A stretch of 64,000 nt of DNA, taken from the NCBI GenBank assembly GCA_950097015.1, contig CATNEN010000005.1:3410001-3474000 (forward strand), given 5' to 3'. Below the pieces are notes generated by a model, which was given only the letters and a program-made list of their open reading frames with translations, ran no database searches and had not been told where the DNA came from. The DNA comes from Macrostomum hystrix (taxonomy: Eukaryota; Animalia; Platyhelminthes). Positions 22,128 through 34,974 of this stretch are shown here, piece by piece (the first letter of the stretch is position 1; every line of letters starts with the position of its first letter). Position numbers and translations under genes: made by a program.

Positions 22128-24559
22128 GCGTGACAAGCTCGCGAGTTTTGACGCTGATGTCTTTGAAAGACATCAACATCAGCGCACATACGATGAAGCT
22201 TTTCTTGGACAGGCCGACCTATTGTGACCTACTGTTTATTTTTCGGCACCAAAACATTCCATTAGTAGTTAGTTACTTTAACTCATTTCTATCTACTGCA
22301 AGTTTAGTTTGTATCATTCCAATCTATCATTTTGCATTATTTATTTTGTTTATTCGCTTAATAATATTTAATATTGCAATTACATTTTTGTGTTCAGACA
22401 TTCCTATTTTGCTTGCTTTTTTTTCTTTTCGCCTAACGTTTTTGACAACAATTTTCGAGGCAAGGCAGACAAGTAAGCAAGCAAGCAATACTTTGTTTAA
22501 TGTGTGTAATTTTTTGTCGCTAAATTTTTAATGTCCTTTTTTGATCCTTCATTTTCCAAGCAGTGTCTAAAATTCATTTATATTTTTATTAAACAATTAG
22601 CTTACTGTTTGAGCTAATATTTTCAAATCGATTTGCAATAATTTGTTCAGTCATGCTGTTTTTTTCTAATCATTTTTTCGCATGTCACCACACCTCATAA
22701 CTATGTAATTGTGATGTATTGTTGATCTTGTGTATAAATCATGTTAAGCTATTCACTAATATCTTATGAAATGTAGACTGACAATGTTACACACATTAAA
22801 CACAATTTAGTAGGTGGACACTGACCTGTAGGTTTCAACAGTTTGAAAAATTCAAATTCGCGCGAAGAAATTTTGTTTAAACGTATTGAATGGGATTAAT
22901 TTTTTAATTGAGTTTTAACTTGCAACCCGATTATTTGTTGTGTAGTCTGTGTTGTTTTTTACCATGTAGATAAATAAGGATAAAAGTTTTAACAGATATA
23001 AAATCCTGATTATTATCACCACGCGGTTCTCATTTTTCCGAAAGCAAGAACCCTTTGTATTTGATTTCTTAGTTAAACTGATTTGCTTTAATTTGCTATC
23101 GAAATTTGTTACTAGCCGAAGCTTTGTTGCCGCCTTGCGTTTGTTACACCAAAATTTCTTTTGTTAACTCCCTATTTTATATCCCAAGTGTATGCCACTG
23201 ATTTATAAAAAAAAATTGTTAAGCATATACAGTATGTGTCACATCTGTGAGATATCGGTTTAATAAAATTCTAAATCATTCCAATTCTACTTTGTCTGCA
23301 TGACATAAAAATGTACTTTTAAATATTGAAACGAATAGTAATTTTCGGACTTACTTTTTAACTGCAACGGATAACACAGTTACATTGTTGGTAACTGTTA
23401 CATATAAACTAGTAAACTACATGGAGCTGGATGTTAGACCTGTTAGACCTGGTCATTGTGTTGGTACTGTGTATCTGTTATACGGTAGCTGCATGCCAGT
23501 TCACAGTGTTAAGAAACTGCTCGTGGTAATACACATATTTAATGGTAGCCTTCACCTTTAACTTACTGTGCGTATAACTGAGCACACTAAATTGGTTTGG
23601 AGGGCTTACTCAAACCGGTTTTTAAAAAACATCAAAATTATCCTTCCTTTAATAACTTGAGTATGAAACTTGGCGTTGAAATCATACAGATGACGAAAGA
23701 ACTTCGAGGCCCAATCTGTGACGCAGCCATCATCGCTTATGTGGGGTGTGAACTATACAACTCATCGATTAATTCAAGTGATTCGACGTGATGTGGGAGA
23801 TTTAAGTGCTCATGGTGTCACCATACGATTGGGGGGTTATTACCACATTTGCCTTTTTCGACCCTTTGTGCAGTATATCTGCAAAATACGTATGTAGTAG
23901 CAATGATGAATAAATTCAAATGATGGATGCTTTTTGGGTCCGAAATGTGCAAAAAACACTCTTAATTCATTGCTTTTACGATTTCAGAAATGCAGCATGC
24001 GAAGTAGAGCAAAAGGCCAGCAAAAGTTCGTGAATGAGCGACTGTACAAGAATAGCGCTGTCTATTCTCTTTACACGTACTTTTTGTAGTTAATTTCTAA
24101 TTTTCCACCACTATGGACATAGAGAAGAAAAAATGTGCTGACTGTAGTAGTCCGTGCTATCATATAGCTCTTAGATATGTGTACACGACATCCAATAGGA
24201 TTATTCCAACAGGTTCAGGAAATTAGGGTGGTCCAAAAAATAACACCCGACCTGGGCTCTAAACATCGCTAGCACATCAGAGACTTAGAAGAACGACCAC
24301 CCCATTCCTAAAATGCGTAGACAGTCAGTTTACCTCCACCCCTCAAAATCAGCCAAGAAGCTGCTCTGAGTTGAAGTAAACCCCTCTCATTATTGTTTGA
24401 TAGCTTGTAGGGAAAGTGTGCACAAAAGCTCTCAGGCGGAGTCGCTTGGTCCCCCCTCGCATGTCAGTGACGTTTACTTCAGTTTTTAGTATAAAAAGAG
24501 CCTTCATACAAGAGCGACAGTATTGAAAACTATTGCTATATCGGAGGAACAACCCCACA

Positions 24560-24569
24560 GTCACGTGAT
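24560..24569. promoter_or_regulatory. E-box GTCACGTGAT upstream of MTA1-like
   Basis: TCACGTGA palindrome ~155 bp before the ATG in a CpG-retaining patch; function untested. Confidence 0.3.
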
Positions 24570-24721
24570 CTCGAGGAAGACAAATCGAAGATATCATTTT
24601 CTTCTTTAAATGGTAGATTTTTTTAAGAAACGGTGAGACACCATCAAGGAGATAATAATATATTCAACTATTAGCATTATTATCATTTGTAATTGTAAAA
24701 ATTAATAGAAGTTCGATCGAA

Positions 24722-27700
24722 ATGGCAGCTAACATGTACCGTGTTGGAGGTAAGAGCCTCATTCCTGTTGTTCGCATGCTTTGCTCATCTTTTGCAGTGA
24801 AACTTTGCTGCTTTTTGGTGTAAAAAAGTACTTATAGACTAAATTATATAATTTATAGCATTTTTGTAATTCTTTTACTAATATTTCAAATCGATTTATA
24901 GTATTTAGTACCCTGAAAACTGGATTTACCTTATTTTCACTATGCTGATTAGAACACGTAGAGAGCCTCAACGATGCATGCAGCCTATGTGCATGAATGG
25001 TCGCCTATTGCCCAGTGCACAAGCGCGTGGCTAAATGTATGGAGCAATAGGCTTGGCATGCAAACGACTGGATAGGAAAGCACATGTAGCCAAGCTTCAG
25101 CCTTCAACCATTAGGGGGCCTAGCTTCAGACTTAACCCCTTGCCTTATTCTTGCTAAACAGTTGAAAGCAAAAGGCCCTTACTTAACAGTCTAGCTAGGT
25201 CCTCAAACCAAGGCCAGGCAAAATCCTAGCTAATTTTATTAGGCCTAGTCCTAGCTAAACCAAGGTATGTTTTAATTAAGCATAGGCCTACTTTTGATAA
25301 TTGCAAATATGACAGTAATTAAAGAAATATTTGTTGATGTAACATTTTATCACTAAATGATGATGATTATTTTTTGTTTTGTCAGTCTAGTTTTTATTAG
25401 CTATTCGGCCTAGCTAGGCCTAGTCTTTATTTTAGTCTTTGTTTAATAAGCTAGCTAGTTTCCCTTGGGCTAAACTAACAAAATAGTTATAGCTAAATTA
25501 ATAAGTCAGCACAAAGTAGAAAGCTCTATTCTAGGCCTAGACCTATCATTTTTCTTAGAAACAGTAATTTGCACATGGACATGGTGATCTCCTAAGTAAT
25601 AATTAGGCCTACCCAAAGCTTAAGAATTTACTGAGGCATATTTAATAGCTAGCTTAATTAAAGTAGGCCTAGGCAAGTTAGCTAATAAATCTAATAAGCT
25701 AATTGTTGGATAAATAAATAAACAATTTATTGATAGTTATAGAATTTATAGGCCTAGGCCTATTTGATATACTATAGATATAGGGAGCCTTTGGCTATGG
25801 TGGAGTTCCGTTCGTTATATTATTTTGCAATTTGAAATGACTGCGGACAGGTTAAACAAGTTTTACGACCAACGCAGCAACATTTAAACAACACGAGGAC
25901 ACTCAGAAAAGTTCATCAGAGGTTCATCAGTTCCTTATCTGTTCATCAAGTTGGATAATAGGCCTAGTGGGACACCCAATACATGAAGTTGACTGGGTAT
26001 AGACGGCGCCACATGTACTCCTGCAGATGTGACTCAAATAGTGCATCCGATGTGCCATGCATCTGTCGCAGCCTGGCCTTGTCTCCACTGCCTCCGATGC
26101 GACACTCTTGTCTGATGTCCTTCAGCAGCGTCTTCAGGGACCACCAGTAAATGAAGTCCACCAGTTGGCATAGTGTCAGGTGGCTTCCCTCGAAGAATGA
26201 GCCTTTCCTGACTGACTCTTGTCCTGATTGAACTTGAGCCGATAAGGTCTTGACTTGAGCCAACAGTCAATTTTAGACCATAGACATACATATGCCACGT
26301 CATGCCAAATCGTCTGTTGCATTACCAGGCTTTTGGCACCATTTTTGAAATTGAAAAATAATATAACGAACGGAACTCCACCATAGCCAGCCTTTTAGTA
26401 TGACAATGCTAACAAAGGCCTTAGCTATACTATATGCCTATGGTTCCATTTGTTAGGTCTATACAGCTTATTAATACAAAGCATTGTCTAGCATAATAAT
26501 TAGATTTCATCTTTCAATACAATAAATAGCTAAATGGCTATATATAGCTAAATATATCTAACCTAAATTTTATCCTTTATTTAAACATTTCAACAAATAG
26601 GTTTGTTTTATTTATAATTCATTGCCAAAACAGGTTCTATTTAAAGGAATTTTTGATTTAAAATTTATTTGGAGTTTATAGTCTCTCCTATTTATATGAT
26701 AGGCCTAGTTTATAATATATTATTTACTAGCTTACTAACAAAATTTTAATTTTCAAAATATTATATTAATGAGTAAATTTATGTACTTGTCAGTGTTAGA
26801 TAGCTTTTAGCTTTAAGCCAATCTCTACAGACATATGTCAATCCTTCTGTTCTATCTAGAGTTCTATTTTCCACTTTCTAATTCTCCATCATTTTGTGCA
26901 GCTGTCTAGCCTCGTTTTTGTACTTGTAAAGCTCAGATCAAATAATTTCTTCATGTTTAGTAGCAATGCAAATTTTGTGGTTAAATTGCAAAACTTTGTC
27001 ACAATTTTCAGACTATGTCTACTTTGAGACATCGGCCACAGCACCCTACCAGATTCGTCGCATTGAGGAGCTTACTAAGACACCAACTGGCAATGTTGAA
27101 GCTAAAGTTATGTGCTTCTATAGGCGTCGGGATGTGTCCAATACCCTTGTCAGTTTGGCTGATAAGCATCAGAGTAAGCAGCATTTTTGGTTGCATCTGT
27201 TTCATTCATTTGTTTGTGACCATTTTAAAATTTGCTAGCAATTTAATCTAAGAACTATAAGTTCTTTAACACCCACATTCCGCGCATTATTGTATCTCGT
27301 AGAGAGCCTCAGATAGTTATTGCTTATTTTATTAGTCAACTTGTATTTCAGCACTGATCTAAGGGGTGGGCTGCGGTCATATCTTTGCGAAATATTTCCT
27401 TTCCTGCTTGTTTAGTATATTTTCATTTGCGCTTCTAAATATAGATTAATAAGAAGTTTGCTCTTTAATTGCCATAACACATAATTCATAATTGTAGGAG
27501 GCTTGCAGTCGTTGCAATCAAGGATTGCAGGTGTTGCAGTAATAATTTGTAGGTGTTCTAATTAAGGATCGTAAAAAGTTGCAGATGTTGCAATCGAGGA
27601 TCGTAGATGATTGCATCTGTTGCAATGGAAGATCGTAGATGATTGCAGCTGTTGCAATGGAGGATCGTAGATAATTGCATCTGTTGCAATGGAAGATCGT

Positions 27701-30700
27701 AGATGATTGCAGCTGTTGCAATGGAAGATCGTAGATAATTGCATCTGTTGCAATGGAAGATCGTAGATGATTGCATCTGTTGCAATGGAGGATCGTAGAT
27801 AATTGCATCTGTTGCAATGGAAGATCGTAGATGATTGCATATGTTGCAATGGAGGATCGTAGATGATTGCAGCTGTTGCAATGGAGGATCGTAGATAATT
27901 GCAGCTGTTGCAATGAAAGATCGTAGATAATTGCAGCTGTTGCAATGGAGGATCGTAGATGATTGCAGCTGTTGCAATGGAGGATCGTAGATGATTGCAG
28001 CTGTTGCAATGGAGGATCGTAGATGATTGCATCTGTTGCAATGGAGGATCGTAGATAATTGCAGCTGTTGCAATGAAAGATCGTAGATAATTGCAGCTGT
28101 TGCAATGGAGGATCGTAGATGATTGCATCTGTTGCAATGGAGGATCGTAGATGATTGCAGCTGTTGCAATGGAGGATCGTAGATAATTGCAGCTGTTGCA
28201 ATGAAAGATCGTAGATAATTGCAGCTGTTGCAATGGAGGATCGTAGATGATTGCATCTGTTGCAATGGAGGATCGTTGATGATTGCAGTCGTCACATGTA
28301 ATGGTTTTTATAATTTCTATAGTTTTAAAGCCATTTAAAACTATGGAAATCCTTATATCATTTAATGTCAGGCTACATCGACGAAGAAGAAGATTCGTCA
28401 TCGTCTCAGCCAGCCGAATCCTCAGCTGATAACAAGTCATCTTCGGACGGAGGAGTTGCAGTCGATGGCGATGGAGCCAGCAGCGGCAATGGCGTCAGCA
28501 GCGGCGGCGGAAGTAGCACCCTTTCGGATTCGCAGCGTCACCAGTTAAAGCACCGGGAGCTGTTCCTGTCTCGTCAGGTTGAAACCCTGCCGGCTACGAC
28601 TATTCGAGGCAAATGCTCCGTGACGCTCTTGAACGAGACGGAGTCGCTAATGTCCTATCTAAACCGTGAGGACGCATTCTACTATACTCTAGTTTATGAC
28701 AGCTCTCAGAAGACCCTGCTAGCCGATCGGGGCGAGATCCGGGTTGGCAGTCGCTATCAGGCCGAGGTGCAGCCTTTCCTAGCCAGCGGAGAATCAGACG
28801 GCCGAGAGGACGCTGCTAGTCTGGAAGAGTTAGTCTGGAAGCCGGATAATGAGCTGCTGAGCGGAGATATTGACAGGTGAGTCCATTCAGCGTGTGTTTT
28901 ACATCTAAAGATCTTCTGTCTAAATCTACAGATCCTCAGTTTTAAATCTTCAGATCCTCACTTTCATATCTACAGATCCTCTATTTCATATCTACAGATC
29001 CTCACTTTCATATCTACAGATCCTCACTTTCATATCTACAGATCCTCTCTTTCATATCTACAGATCCTCACTTTCATATCTACAGATCCTCACTTTCATA
29101 TCTACAGATCCTCACTTTCATATCTACAGATCCTCTCTTTCATATCTACAGATCCTCTCTTTCATATCTACAGATCCTCTCTTTCATATCTACAGATCCT
29201 CTCTTTCATATCTACAGATCATTTAGTTAGAAAAAAAGATCTTTAGTGGCGAAGTCTAGATATCCTTTGGTTAGAAATCTAAAGATTCTTGGGTTGTCTG
29301 AAGGTGTCTCGAGATCTCTGAGTTTATTTAAGAGATCTAAGCCACTGACATTGCCAGGTACCTGCTGGTATCTCGCGCTGTCGGCACCCTGGCCAGAGCC
29401 ATGGACGCCAGCAGTGCCACTCGCCAGCCAAGCCTTGGCTTAGCCGCCTCGTCGGCTAGTCGAGATTCAACCATAGCGCACGCCTATCACACCCTGCATT
29501 CGAATGGCTACGATCTGAGCAAGGCATTTTGCGCCCTAGTAACCGACTCTGGCCCGCTGCTGTGCCGCGACCAACTCGAAGATTGGTCAGCCGGAGAAAG
29601 TAACCTGTTTGAGGAGGCTATGGAAAAATATGGCAAAGAATTTCACGACATTCGGCAAGACTTTCTGCCCTGGAAAACTATGAAAGCTATTGTGGAATAT
29701 TTCTACATGTGGAAGACAACGGATAGATACGTGCAACAGAAGCGACAGAAAGCAACCGAAGCGGAACGCAAGCTCAAGCAGGTGAGATTGATCAAATTTG
29801 ATGTTTAAGACATCTCTGATTTAATTTGTGAATGGCTGTCTGAATTTAATCATAAAATTCTGAAATCTATCAATTTTTAATTTTAAAGTAGGTTTTAAAA
29901 AATACTTTGAAATCTAAAATTCGGAGTGGATTCTATCTTGAAATTCGGAGTGGATTCTATCTTGAAATTCGGAGTGGATTCAATCTTGAAATTCGGAGTG
30001 GATTCAATCCTGAAATTCGGAGTGGATTCAATCCTGAAATTCGGAGTGGATTCAATCCTGAAATTCGGAGTGGATTCTATCTTGAAATTCGGAGTGGATT
30101 CAATCCTGAAATTCGGAGTGGACGCTATCTTGAAATTCGGAGTGGACGCTATCTTGAAATTCGGAGTGGATTCAATCCTGAAATTCGGAGTGGATTCTAT
30201 CTTGAAATTCGGAGTGGATTCAATCCTGAAATTCGGAGTGGACGCTATCTTGAAATTCGGAGTGGACGCTATCTTGAAATTCGGAGTGGATTCTATCTTG
30301 AAATTCGGAGTGGATTCTATCTTGAAATTCGGAGTGGATTCTATCTTGAAATTCGGAGTTTATTCAATCCCGAAATTCGGAGTGGATTCTATCTTGAAAT
30401 TCAGAGTTTATTCAATCCCGAAATTCGGAGTGGATTCTATCTTGAAATTCGGAGTGGATTCAATCTTGAAATTCGGAGTGGATTCTATCTTGAAATTCGG
30501 AGTGGATTCTATCTTGAAATTCGGAGTGGATTCAATCTTGAAATTCGGAGTGGATTCAATCTTGAAATTCGGAGTGGATTCTATCTTGAAATTCGGAGTG
30601 GATTCAATCTTGAAATTCGGAGTGGATTCTATCTTGAAATTCGGAGTGGATTCAATCCTGAAATTCGGAGTGGATTCTATCTTGAAATTCGGAGTGGATT

Positions 30701-32317
30701 CTATCTTGAAATTCGGAGTGGATTCTATCTTGAAATTCGGAGTTGGATTAAATCCTGAAATTCGGAGTGGATTCTATCTTGAAATTCGGAGTGGATTCTA
30801 TCTTGAAATTCGGAGTGGATTCTATCTTGAAATTCGGAGTGGATTCTATCTTGAAATTCGGAGTGGATTCTATCTTGAAATTCGGAGTAGATTCCTGATT
30901 TTCATGTTCATGTGCATAAGAATTATGTAATGGATATAGTTAATCTCCATGCCAACCGCAGGTGTATATCCCCAACTACACGAAGCCCAACCCGGCCGTA
31001 CTATACAATCGTCAAGAGACTAGCGCCAGTCGCGGCTGCGAGAGCTGCTACTCGACTGTACCTGGCGGCCAGTGGTACGCATGGGGTCCGCCCCATCTAT
31101 CTTGCCGACTGTGCACCGCCTGCTGGGCCTATTGGAAACGATACGGCGGCTTGAAGAGTGCCACCCGACTAGAGAAAGCTGTTGCTAGCGGCTCCGTGAC
31201 AGCCACTGCTGGCTCCATCTCCGGCCTGCCGGGCGTTCACCGATGCACCGTCGCGGGCTGCGACAAAGAATTCCGTCTCAGGCCTCAGCTCATTCGCCAC
31301 CTAGCAGCTGCGCACAATATTGACGAGGGCAGCCTTGGCAGTCTAACCAAAGCCAAAGCTGTCAAAAGCATGCTTATGTGCGCCAATGCCACCACCCGCC
31401 TAGTTAGACGCCTGTGCCCGGAGCTTCTCCGTTTGAAACGTCTGGCTCGTCGACCGTTCGACGCCAAATTTGACGCCAAAACTGCCCTACGAGAATTCCC
31501 GCCTCGCTATGCCGCTATAGGCGACAAATCAGGCATTCAGGCCAAGCTGAACCGATCTGGCAAGGCATCTGTAGCCATTGCACTGACGCCGCAACAGCTG
31601 GATGATTTGCTATTGAAAATCTGTCCCAAACGCGCCGATGATCAGCAGCTGATTACTGGCGTCAGTTGCGATCTACTCAGCCGCGATCGGCCTTCGGTTC
31701 TGAAGGTCAGTCCTCGACCGTCCAGTTTTCCAACTCCGGATGTTGAACGTAGGCGAGAATTTCATCGTCAGCTAGACGAGCAGCGATCTACTAGCGCTGT
31801 CGCCGCCGCCGCTGCAACCGGCTTGCAATCGAATGGCACCAACGGAGCTTTAAATCTGCAACTATTGCCACAGAAGCGTCCGGCATTGTCATCTAGCCAG
31901 CAGCAGCAGAATGGCCAGACTGATTCAACACTTGGTGGTCCGCCAGCTGCTAAGCGACCAGCTTTGAAAGCTGCCGCCGCCGCTAAATATGTGCAACAGC
32001 AGCAGCAGCAACAGCAGCAGCAACTGACTAATGGCGAACTATCGTCATCAGCTCGTCTAGCCGGTTTATCAGCTCTGGGTGCATCCTCGACAGCAACAAC
32101 AGCAGCAGTGGCAGCTTCGTCGGCTTCAACCGGTGCCGCCGGAAACGCGGCTCAGGCAGCCGCAGCGGCCGAAGAACTGTTCATTTATCGCACCAAATCT
32201 AATCGGGCCCATCTGACTAGTCAGCAATTGCGCAAAGCTGGTAGGCGACCATTCAAACTGGTACCCCCGCCTGTCAAACTGCTTAACGGTGGTGCCGATT
32301 CAACGAAGCCCGCTTAA
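24722..32317 (+). CDS. MTA1: Metastasis-associated protein (MTA1-like, NuRD subunit), 824 aa (exons 24722-24749, 27012-27173, 28372-28876, 29358-29781, 30962-32317)
   Basis: MAANMYRVG|DYVYFE is the MTA N-terminus; BAH, ELM2 ([12 protein letters not shown]), SANT ([20 protein letters not shown]), GATA finger (CESC...[17 protein letters not shown]), C2H2 finger. Exons total 2475 nt in frame. Confidence 0.95.
25793..26388 (-). mobile_element. Merlin (IS1595/ISXO2-like) DNA transposon, internally deleted
   Basis: 41-bp TIRs GGCTATGGTGGAGTTCCGTTCG... (25793-25833, 26348-26388; 1 mismatch); flanking direct repeat AGCCTTT; ORF 26263-25964 fuses [15 protein letters not shown]...IYWWS to [18 protein letters not shown]. 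Confidence 0.9.
27575..28290. repeat. 32-bp minisatellite (TCGTAGATGATTGCAGCTGTTGCAATGGAGGA)n in MTA intron 2
   Basis: Direct reading. Confidence 0.96.
28915..29220. repeat. 22-bp minisatellite (ATCTACAGATCCTCWCTTTCAT)n in MTA intron 3
   Basis: Direct reading. Confidence 0.95.
29908..30895. repeat. 24-bp minisatellite (GAAATTCGGAGTGGATTCTATCTT)n in MTA intron 4
   Basis: Direct reading; [11 protein letters not shown] is an artefact. Confidence 0.97.
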
Positions 32318-33642
32318 ACTAGAGAAACATTTGCTTTAAAAATAACTACTGTTTCTTATCGGTCGTTGTCTGTAATTAGTTTGCTAATGTTTAATTTTGT
32401 GTTTTTTCTCTGCTTCTGCTATTTAACTTTTTTGCTTCTGTGCTGTTGTTAAATGTTAAGCTTAAAAGTAAAAGTTTTGTGGTTGTTTTTTTTCTATGTT
32501 GTGGCTTGGCACTTTTGTCACCTGAAGTTATCGTTTCTTTGCTGTTGTTTTATATCAATGAAATTCTTTTTTGCTTGTGTGTGATTCGGCATTTTTTTCT
32601 ACTTTTTTTGTCAGCGGAAGAATAAAAGTACAAACTAAAAATTCTGCAGTGTACCATGAATGTGTCTTTATGATTTGTCTTTTGTCTAGCCGCTTTGTAA
32701 TAATTGGAAATCTAAGAAAAAATACGTGTATAATTATAAAATTGCACCTAATATGTGTAATATTAATGTTCTGATTTTTTGTCTGTCTTTCTGTCCTGTC
32801 AATCTTCTATTCTTGATTTATAACCAAGGTTTCTTGTTTTTATCCCTAAAACTATATGGCCTACAAAAAATTGTTGATATTCATTGATAATTTATCTTTG
32901 TAACAGCCTTAATTTATACCCAAAAATTAACCTAAGTGCTTGAGAACTGCAAAAACTGCTTGTTCCAGCACCGTGTCGTGTTTGTTTGTCTGTCTGCGTT
33001 TAACTAAATTTGAGAACTACAGAAATCTTATGCGCCATTTAAACAGCTATAACAGTTAAACAAAAGTTTTCGTTATTTTTATTCAACTATTATTATTATT
33101 ATTATTATTATTATCCCTTAATTTGCCCACCCACAAACGCTTGTCTGTCAATTCAATAACGTTTTTGTTTGAAATTGTAAAAAGGAATTTTTTTTAAAGT
33201 AGTTTGCACTTTGTTTGACTGTGTAATGTTGGATATTTTCCTATCTCACTTAATAGTCATCCCATTATTGTAATTGTATAGATAGATTGTCAATCATCGC
33301 ATCAGACACTTTTATATGTTCACTAAAATGCACTAATACTAAACAATATAAATTTAAATATAGCTCGTATTTATTCTGTTTGTTAAAACTGCTTCGTAAA
33401 ACTAATATATGCAAGGAGCATCCGTTTATAAAAAGAAAATATTTAATTTAATTTTTACTGTGTTGCACCACCGCGTAAAGAAACGTGTGTCGAAGGGTAG
33501 AAAATTATATTTTTTTGTTATTTATTTCTTATCAGCCTACTTATAGTAGGCCAGACTGGCTCACAGACGGAAATTAATTTTTTTAATCTTAAAAGAACAA
33601 TAGATGCAGTGCGCGATGCGCATTTTGGCTGAGGTGTAGAGA

Positions 33643-34105
33643 GTTCCCATCTCAGCCTAGGAAAGACAATTTATACCCTAGGGACTAGTTCACCAAGCTG
33701 TAAAATGGACACCAGCATCAGTTCCCATCTCAGCCTAGGAAAGACAATTATACCCTAGGGACTAGTTCACCAAGCTGTAAAATGGACACCAGCATCAGTT
33801 CCCATCTCAGCCTAGGGAAGACAATTATACCCTAGGGACTAGTTCACCAAGCTGTAAAATGGACACCAGCATCAGTTCCCATCTCAGCCTAGGAAAGACA
33901 ATTATACCCTAGGGACTAGTTCACCAAGCTGTAAAATGGACACCAGCATCAGTTCCCATCTCAGCCTAGGGAAGACAATTATACCCTAGGGACTAGTTCA
34001 CCAAGCTGTAAAATGGACACCAGCATCAGTTCCCATCTCAGCCTAGGAAAGACAATTATACCCTAGGGACTAGTTCACCAAGCTGTAAAATGGACACCAG
34101 CATCA
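33643..34105 (+). repeat. 77-bp x6 tandem repeat derived from the SINE-A central domain
   Basis: Units at 33643, 33721, 33798, 33875, 33952, 34029; AGTTCACCAAGCTGTAAAATGGACACCAGCATCA resembles the SINE core; SINE tail GTCCATGGACTGAAC at ~34156. Confidence 0.9.
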
Positions 34106-34974
34106 GCTAGGAATAGAAAATGAGAGTGGTTTGTGAACGTCCATGGCCTATCCTGTCCATGGACTGAACAACTGTACGCAGCTGTACGCACATGTGCGTG
34201 TCATTTTATTTCAAATTATCTGTTCGTGCTAATTTTAAGCGATATAATATCACACTGTACACATTTAGATTATGATTAAACACCTATATAAATTCAAATG
34301 CGGAGAGAGGAGGACAGGGTTAGCGGGAGAGAGTTCTCGGTTGCTATCAGCAACAGCAGTGAGCAATAGCCAGATAAGCTGGGTTAGAAAAGTCTGAGCG
34401 ACCGTATTGTAATACTTTTAGAAGGAAAGCATTATGTACATTCAAGTTGCTGTACGTCTGTGCGTGCGTACTATCAATTGACACGGCATTGTATTAGGTG
34501 GCCCAGCTTTCACGAACAAAAATCTGCCAAGTGTAGATTTGCTCCTCTTTTTGTAAACCTGGTTGCCAATGCCAACCAAAACGCCAAATGGTAGCTCATA
34601 CCCCAATCCCAGCTGCCTTTTATACTCTCTCCATGATCTTCATCGCTGAGTACTCTCTCTCTCCTATTCTATCCCTCCAATGCATATACGGCGAGTGCGT
34701 GAGTTTCCATTGTTTGCCTATATACTCAATACTCTGAGCATACCGGGGTGGAGTCTGGTTGGTAAAGCGGAGATAGAGGGAGAGAGAGAGTGGGGTTGGT
34801 TGGTTTGACGCGCACACCTTATAGAGACAGAGTTGCAGAGCTCACAGTCTGTCAGCCCAGTAAAGAATATATAGACTCCGCGCCTTGATTATAACAGTTT
34901 TTTTCTAACCAGAATTTGTTACATTGCTCCGTCCTTGAGAACATCAGATCCTTGATCAAAATTGTTGCCGACGA

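Noticed and set aside
31021-31330. Extra C2H2 finger after the GATA finger in MTA
   Set aside because: As I recall, invertebrate MTA proteins such as Drosophila MTA1-like have it, so it is not novel.
33643-34105. This and other regular arrays as CRISPR
   Set aside because: No unique spacers, no cas genes, eukaryotic context.
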